From the NCBI GenBank assembly GCA_964407865.1, contig CAYOXC010000001.1, positions 395,978 to 459,977 of the forward strand: a DNA stretch of 64,000 nt. The letters are read 5' to 3'. The stretch is from an uncultured Gammaproteobacteria bacterium. Lineage in GTDB: Bacteria; Patescibacteriota; Patescibacteriia; Magasanikbacterales; GWA2-37-8. Shown piece after piece: positions 58,474-64,000 of the stretch (position 1 is its first letter; each line of letters begins with the position of its first letter). The notes beneath the pieces were generated by a model, which was not told the DNA's origin, searched no databases, and was given only the letters and a program-made list of their open reading frames with translations. Position numbers and translations under genes: made by a program.

Positions 58474-59337
58474 TTACTTAATAAGTATATCACCCATCTC
58501 GTCGGTTCGCCAAACAATGGCTCCAAATCGTTGAAAATTCTTAATTACCCTGGTTGAAGGATGACCATAACTATTTTTGCCTACAGAAATAACAGCTACT
58601 TTCGGATTTATGGCTCTGTAAAAATTATCACTGAACGAACCTATTGAACCATGATGAGCGACTTTTAAATAATCGGATTGTAAAACAGCACAAGCCGAAG
58701 TACTGCTACTAAAATTTGGACAAAATATATTTACCAATTCATTTTCCCTCTCCTCTTCAATGTCGCCGGTAAACAAAAATGAAGTCGTCGCATAGACAAG
58801 ACGCATCACCAGCGACTGGTTATTGTCTTTTTTTGATACGCCGAGATCGCTAGTTGGTTCTAAAAATATTATTTCCGCCTCTCCATCTTTAATAATATAT
58901 TTATCGGTAATAATTTTATGCTCTGCCCCTTCAGTTTCAATTGTATTCTGCCATGAAGGCCAGTAACCGCCGGACTCCTCGGTATCGCCATTTTCAAAAA
59001 TATTTTTTACGTTATAACGCTTCAGCACATCAATACACCCGCCATAATGGTCTTTATCAGGATGTGAAATAACCAAATAATCAATTTGCCTGTCAAAAAA
59101 ATCTAAGTATCTGCCGAGTTTGTGTAATATTAAATTATTTGGTCCGCAGTCAATAAGCATTTTAGCCCCACTTGGCAAACGAACGAGCGCGGCATCGCCT
59201 TGGCCAACATCAAAAAAAATTACCCGGAACTGCCGGCTTAAAACAAAATCGCGGTAAGCAAAAAACGCGGCAATAATTAAGGCAATTATGGCGATGGATA
59301 TGATTATTTTTGCGCGACTATGATCTGGTTGATCCAT
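58474..59337 (-). CDS. ComEC C-terminal metallo-beta-lactamase-fold domain protein (stand-alone)
   Basis: FFDVGQGDA, ISHPDKDHYGG, and LKVAHHGS at the C-terminus, 287 aa with an N-terminal TM. Confidence 0.7.
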   Translation of the reverse strand: MDQPDHSRAKIIISIAIIALIIAAFFAYRDFVLSRQFRVIFFDVGQGDAALVRLPSGAKMLIDCGPNNLILHKLGRYLDFFDRQIDYLVISHPDKDHYGGCIDVLKRYNVKNIFENGDTEESGGYWPSWQNTIETEGAEHKIITDKYIIKDGEAEIIFLEPTSDLGVSKKDNNQSLVMRLVYATTSFLFTGDIEEERENELVNIFCPNFSSSTSACAVLQSDYLKVAHHGSIGSFSDNFYRAINPKVAVISVGKNSYGHPSTRVIKNFQRFGAIVWRTDEMGDILIK

Positions 59338-59915
59338 ACATCCTTCTCTTTGATAATTTTTTCCTCTTTAATAGTAAAAGCAAGATTTTGTAAATCTTCT
59401 AATATCTTTTCCGGACGGTGATAATATGATTCAATTTTTATTATCCCCCGCGTAGTTTCAATTGGCGGAGGTTCTTTTTGGTTAATATTTGTACAGACAA
59501 ATATTCCACCTTCTTTAAGCACGCGATAAACCTGGTCAAAAAATATCAGCGGTTCTTTAAGGTGAACTATTAAAAAAGCTGCGATAACTGCATCAAAACT
59601 TTTTTCTTCAAAAGGTAAATTCTCAGCATCGCCTAAAACTATTTTTACTTTCGATGTTTTCTGTTTAAGTTGGTTAAGCATATTTTTTGATAAATCCAAA
59701 GCTGTAACTTGCGCTCCTGCTTTTATTAAATCCAAAGCTAATCGACCAGTGCCAGCGCCAACATCAAGAATTCTTTTTCCTTGAACACTGCCAAGCAGTG
59801 ATAGTATATGGCCTTTTTCAAAACTATTAAGATACTTCTCCTTTTTATCATAAAAAGAAGCTGCCAGGTCATAGCCTGAAGCCGTGTCAAATGTTTTGAT
59901 TTTTTGTTTTGCCAT
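59304..59915 (-). CDS. class I SAM-dependent methyltransferase (Methyltransf_11/25-like)
   Basis: ILDVGAGTGRLA is motif I, followed by …VLKEGGIF. The gene overlaps both ComEC fragments (34 nt and 29 nt). Confidence 0.75.
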   Translation of the reverse strand: MAKQKIKTFDTASGYDLAASFYDKKEKYLNSFEKGHILSLLGSVQGKRILDVGAGTGRLALDLIKAGAQVTALDLSKNMLNQLKQKTSKVKIVLGDAENLPFEEKSFDAVIAAFLIVHLKEPLIFFDQVYRVLKEGGIFVCTNINQKEPPPIETTRGIIKIESYYHRPEKILEDLQNLAFTIKEEKIIKEKDVWINQIIVAQK

Positions 59916-61365
59916 ATTTTTTCGCTAATAAAATGATAATAACATAAGATAATATCATTAGCCATGGGCTAAAACTTATTTCAACTGATGAAATTTTTAA
60001 AGCACTAAATTTTTCAGCGATAAAAATCACGTATTTTAAACCAAGATTGGCCGCAGAAGCGATCAAAAAGGCAGCTGGCATAAATATTGCAGAAACAGCA
60101 ACAGCAACAAAACCGAGGAGCATTAGCCAAGGAATAAGCCATATAACAAGCATATTCACGAATACCGATACTGATGAAAGCCTGCCAAATTGCATTAAAA
60201 TTAGAGGCAGCGTGGCGATTGTGGCGGCTAGGGTTGTGACTAGCGGTTCTAAAAAACGTCTACCTGGTTTTGGCGAAAATATTATTCCTGCGGTGGCCAA
60301 ACATGAAAGTTGAAAACCTGCGTCCCAAATTAAGATCAATGGATTGAAAGCTACCATAAGGGCAGCGGCAAAAACCAGGGCTGGCGCGGCTCTGGAAGGT
60401 CTGCCAATATATTGGCCAACCAAGACAACAGAGCCCATTATGCCGGCTCTAATCGCAGATGCGGAAGCGCCAACAAATATTACAAACAATACTACACTTA
60501 TTATTGATAATACCAAAGCAGGCCTCCTATAAAGCCCAAATATAATTAAAACTGATAATAAAAAACCAGCGATAACACTAACATTATATCCGGATACAGC
60601 CACAATATGCGAAAGTCCGGTGCGCCGAAAATCTTCGCTTAATTCTGGTGCAAAACCGCTTCGTTCGCCGTAAATTAAACCGGCCATGAGCGAACTCATG
60701 GGTTCAGGCCAGAGTAGAGCAACTTTTCTTCTAACAACATTTTTAAATTTTAATAAACTTCCAAAAAAATTATTCTTTTGGTGAGAGGCAACAGAAATTA
60801 TTTCCGGATAATCACAAATAGCATAAATTCCCTGAACAGCCAAATATTTGTCGTAACGAAAACTGTCGTCAAAATTTTTAGGAGCTGAAATAGTACAAAT
60901 TAATTCTAGATTGTCACCATAATTGAATTCTGGATATAACGGCATTCTGACCAGCATCTTTTCCTTAATTATATTTTTTTCGCTAATACTTCCCAGTGAA
61001 TATTCTGCCGATGAAATTTTTCGAACCGGATCTTCGACAATTGTTGCTCTAATATTTATTCGCTCGTTAAAGTAATATGATAAACTAGACGGATCGCTCC
61101 CCTGAGGTGTAAAAAAAATATTTCTTAAAATTCCAAAAATTAATATGGCGATGGCAAATAATAGAAATCTAATTTTTTTATTTTGCCAATTATAAGCGGT
61201 GAAAAATAATATAATTATTAAAATAACATAGAAACTAAAAACTTGATTTGACGACCAATCAAAAATTGAAGCCAAGCCAATACCACACAAAAAACAAAAA
61301 CAAAACGCGATAAACGTTTTGCTTTTAGAATTGATTACCCAATCAACTCCCTCCATTAATTTCAT
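59887..61365 (-). CDS. ComEC/Rec2 N-terminal competence-channel domain protein (stand-alone)
   Basis: DUF4131-like N-terminal TM region plus the competence domain (…RRTGLSHIVAVSGYNVSVIAGFLL…), 492 aa. Confidence 0.7.
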   Translation of the reverse strand: MKLMEGVDWVINSKSKTFIAFCFCFLCGIGLASIFDWSSNQVFSFYVILIIILFFTAYNWQNKKIRFLLFAIAILIFGILRNIFFTPQGSDPSSLSYYFNERINIRATIVEDPVRKISSAEYSLGSISEKNIIKEKMLVRMPLYPEFNYGDNLELICTISAPKNFDDSFRYDKYLAVQGIYAICDYPEIISVASHQKNNFFGSLLKFKNVVRRKVALLWPEPMSSLMAGLIYGERSGFAPELSEDFRRTGLSHIVAVSGYNVSVIAGFLLSVLIIFGLYRRPALVLSIISVVLFVIFVGASASAIRAGIMGSVVLVGQYIGRPSRAAPALVFAAALMVAFNPLILIWDAGFQLSCLATAGIIFSPKPGRRFLEPLVTTLAATIATLPLILMQFGRLSSVSVFVNMLVIWLIPWLMLLGFVAVAVSAIFMPAAFLIASAANLGLKYVIFIAEKFSALKISSVEISFSPWLMILSYVIIILLAKKYGKTKNQNI

Positions 61366-61367
61366 AG

Positions 61368-63836
61368 TTAAACAACAATACTGACAAGTTTGCTTTTAAT
61401 ATATATAATTTTTTTCGGTTCTTTACCTTCAAGCCATTTCTGTATTTTTTGGCTTTCTACAGCCATTTTTTTCGCATCTTTTTCAGTGATATCCGCTGGC
61501 ACGATTAATGTATCGCGCAATCTGCCGTTTACTTGAATAGCTAAAGTTATTTCAATATCTTGCACAAGCGTTGCGTCAAATTCAGGCCATTTTTCAAATG
61601 TAATGCTATTCTTGTGACCAAGAATTTGCCAGATCTCTTCCGCCATATGCGGAGCAAATGGGGATAATAATAAAACAAATTTTTCAAAATCTGATTTCAC
61701 AATTTTTCCCTCTTTGCTTATCTCATTTACGAATTCCATCATTTTTGCAATAGCAGTATTAAACCTTAATCCTATAATATCTTCAGTAACTTTTTTTATC
61801 GTTTGATGAGTTAAACGAGTCAGTCTCTCTGACGATGCTGAGTTGTCGTCAATTTTTTCCCTTAAATTCCAAACTCGCTCTAAAAATCTGCGTACACCTT
61901 TTACACCATTGGTATCCCACGGTTTATCCGCTTCCAAGGGTCCCATAAACATTTCATAAGTACGCATAGTATCAGCGCCATACTCATTTACAATATCAGT
62001 GGGATTAATAACATTGCCCCAACGCTTGCTCATTTTGCGATTGTCTTCGCCTAAAATCAAGCCTTGGTGACGATGCATGGCAAACGGCTCATCAAAATCT
62101 ATTAAACCTGCATCAAATAACACCTTTGTAAAAAATCTAGAATACAACAAATGTCCATTTACATGCTCTGGACCGCCAATATAAAAATCTACCGGCATCC
62201 ATGTTTTTAAAGATTCGGGTGAGGCAAACGCTTTGTCATTGTGCGGATCCAAATAACGAAAATAATACCAGCTCGAACACATAAATGTATCGAGAGTATC
62301 CGGCTCCCTCTTCCAACCTTTGCCGTATTTTTCTTCAACTCCTTTTTGAAAATCATTTGAATAATTAAGAGGCGACTCGCCAGTCGGCTTAAAATCAACA
62401 TCATCCGGCAAAAGCACCGGTAAATCTTCTTCTGGAATCGGATGCAATTTCCCTTCATCGTCATAAAGCATCGGGATGGGCGCGCCCCAAAATCGCTGGC
62501 GCGAAACAGACCAGTCGCGAAGTTTATACTGAATTTTACGCTTACCAACTTTATTTTCTTCAAGCCACTCATTCATTTTTTGAGTTGCTTTTTTTGTCGA
62601 TAAACCGTTAAGAAAATCTGAATTTATAGAAATACCAATTCCTGTAAAACAGACTTTGCCAAGCTTAATACTATTAAGATAATCTGCTACGCTAACTAAA
62701 GGATCAGTTTTAATACTAATATCTCCTGAAAACTTATCTGGTGCAACCACTCCGACAATCGGCAAATCAAACTTTTTGGCAAATTCAAAATCTCTTTCAT
62801 CGTGTGCTGGAACGCACATGATAGCACCTGAGCCATAAGTCGCTATCACATAATCGGCTGTCCAAATCGAAATTTCTTTTCCACTAACCGGATTGATTGC
62901 TTTGATTCCTTTTAACTCAACCCCGGTTTTTTTCTTATCTATCTGCCTTTCCAGTTCTGTTTTTAATTTTGTACGATTAATATATTTTTCAACTTCTTTC
63001 CAGTTGCTAATTTTATCCTTTAACTCCTGTATTAAATTGCCTTCAGGCGCTAACACCATATAAGTAGCGCCGAAAAGAGTATCCGGCCTAGTGGTGAAAA
63101 CGGTGATTTTTTTCTCTGAATTTACTATTTCAAAATCCACTTCCGCCCCCTCGCTTCTTCCAATCCAATCACGCTGACGCTTTTTTGTTTCTTCGGGCCA
63201 GTCTACTTTATCCAAATCATTTATTAACCTTTCAGCATAATCCGTAATTTTAATATACCACTGCTCCATTTCCCTTTGTTCTACAACTGTTTCACAGCGT
63301 TCACAAACTCCCTGTGCTGTAACCTGCTCGTTAGCCAGTACTGTCTTACAACTTTTACACCAATTTACAGTTTGTTTTTTTCTATAAGCCAAACCTTTCT
63401 TGTAAAAAAGCAGAAAAAACCACTGAGTCCATTTATAATAATCCGAATTATGACTGCCAACTTCTCTATTCCAATCTACTGAAATACCTAATAATTTAAT
63501 TTGTTCACGAAATGTATCAATCGCCTTATTGGTTGAAACACGCGGATGAACATTGGTCTTTATGGCGTAATTTTCAGCCGGTAAACCAAAAGAATCCCAG
63601 CCAATCACTTGAAGAACATTTTTCCCCTGCATGCGCTTGAAACGGGCGTAAATATCGCAGGCAGTATAAACTTCGGCATGGCCAACATGTAACCCGGAAC
63701 CGGACGGATATGGCAGTTGGGGTAAAATATAATATTTATCCTTTACCGATACCTTTTCAGGTGTTTTGAACAATTCATCTTTCTGCCAAATTTTCTGCCA
63801 TTTTTTCTCAATTTTACTTGGATTATACTTACTCAT
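61368..63836 (-). CDS. leuS: leucine--tRNA ligase
   Basis: PYPSGSGLHVGH is the HIGH motif, with the CP1 editing domain and KMSKR (…RKMSKRWGNV). Start set at MSKYNPSKIEKKWQ (63836). Confidence 0.95.
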   Translation of the reverse strand: MSKYNPSKIEKKWQKIWQKDELFKTPEKVSVKDKYYILPQLPYPSGSGLHVGHAEVYTACDIYARFKRMQGKNVLQVIGWDSFGLPAENYAIKTNVHPRVSTNKAIDTFREQIKLLGISVDWNREVGSHNSDYYKWTQWFFLLFYKKGLAYRKKQTVNWCKSCKTVLANEQVTAQGVCERCETVVEQREMEQWYIKITDYAERLINDLDKVDWPEETKKRQRDWIGRSEGAEVDFEIVNSEKKITVFTTRPDTLFGATYMVLAPEGNLIQELKDKISNWKEVEKYINRTKLKTELERQIDKKKTGVELKGIKAINPVSGKEISIWTADYVIATYGSGAIMCVPAHDERDFEFAKKFDLPIVGVVAPDKFSGDISIKTDPLVSVADYLNSIKLGKVCFTGIGISINSDFLNGLSTKKATQKMNEWLEENKVGKRKIQYKLRDWSVSRQRFWGAPIPMLYDDEGKLHPIPEEDLPVLLPDDVDFKPTGESPLNYSNDFQKGVEEKYGKGWKREPDTLDTFMCSSWYYFRYLDPHNDKAFASPESLKTWMPVDFYIGGPEHVNGHLLYSRFFTKVLFDAGLIDFDEPFAMHRHQGLILGEDNRKMSKRWGNVINPTDIVNEYGADTMRTYEMFMGPLEADKPWDTNGVKGVRRFLERVWNLREKIDDNSASSERLTRLTHQTIKKVTEDIIGLRFNTAIAKMMEFVNEISKEGKIVKSDFEKFVLLLSPFAPHMAEEIWQILGHKNSITFEKWPEFDATLVQDIEITLAIQVNGRLRDTLIVPADITEKDAKKMAVESQKIQKWLEGKEPKKIIYIKSKLVSIVV

Positions 63837-63928
63837 AAAAGTTAATATAACACTAATTTTACTTAATTTTGCTGAAAAATGCAAACTTAAACCCCGATGT
63901 AAAATCGGGGTTTATTTATTTGAAAATT

Positions 63929-64000
63929 TTATTCTGCTGGCGGTGTTTCAGCTGGTGGCTCTTCGGCTGGAGGAGGTTCTTCTGCTGGCGGTGTTTCAGC
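63929..64000 (-). CDS. 3' end of a gene encoding a Pro/Ala/Glu-rich repeat C-terminus (partial; the rest is outside the window)
   Basis: The minus strand reads …AETPPAEEPPPAEEPPAETPPAE-stop. A 21-nt direct repeat lies at 63930-51 and 63980-64000. Confidence 0.25.
   Translation of the reverse strand, partial: AETPPAEEPPPAEEPPAETPPAE

Overview
This 64 kb window looks like a low-GC, small-genome bacterium, and my inference is Candidate Phyla Radiation / Patescibacteria. That inference rests on the gene inventory: a giant Lamin-Tail-Domain surface protein, a PF09826-type beta-propeller protein, DUF3048, a short AspRS without the GAD insertion, a UvrC lacking its HhH tail, a split ComEC, and many genes without Shine-Dalgarno sequences. 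Most genes are on the minus strand and are densely packed housekeeping genes: a lower-glycolysis supercluster (two tandem gpmI, eno, pgk, gap) interleaved with dacA-like, scpB, scpA and aspS; tsf-rpsB; rpmE; a Rel/SpoT homologue; prfA and prmC; rplY; the uvrC, uvrA and uvrB genes; groES-groEL with a CIRCE-like operator; yidC; nusA; leuS; and a ComEC locus split around a SAM methyltransferase. I found no rRNA, tRNA or CRISPR array by eye. The points I would look at again are: (1) four compositionally foreign, GC-richer stand-alone gene cassettes (19487-19951, 21786-23069, 41767-42021 with its 3' element, 44322-44639), each with its own promoter and/or strong SD and an intrinsic terminator, dropped between core genes, two of them mirror-symmetric around the PP2C/rpmE divergent region and next to the RSH gene; (2) a long co-directional array FecR - CHASE2 adenylate cyclase - two small coiled-coil ORFs - a 1507-aa coiled-coil giant with a glycine-zipper segment - beta-propeller - membrane protein - zinc-ribbon protein; (3) GC-rich structured RNA-like elements in the rpsB, uvrA and uvrB leaders and a 148-bp inverted-repeat-flanked GC-rich insert separating groES from groEL; and (4) an identical 21-nt start-site motif shared by scpB and a small ORF 40 kb away. 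Everything is read by eye from the sequence and the ORF track; no searches were run.
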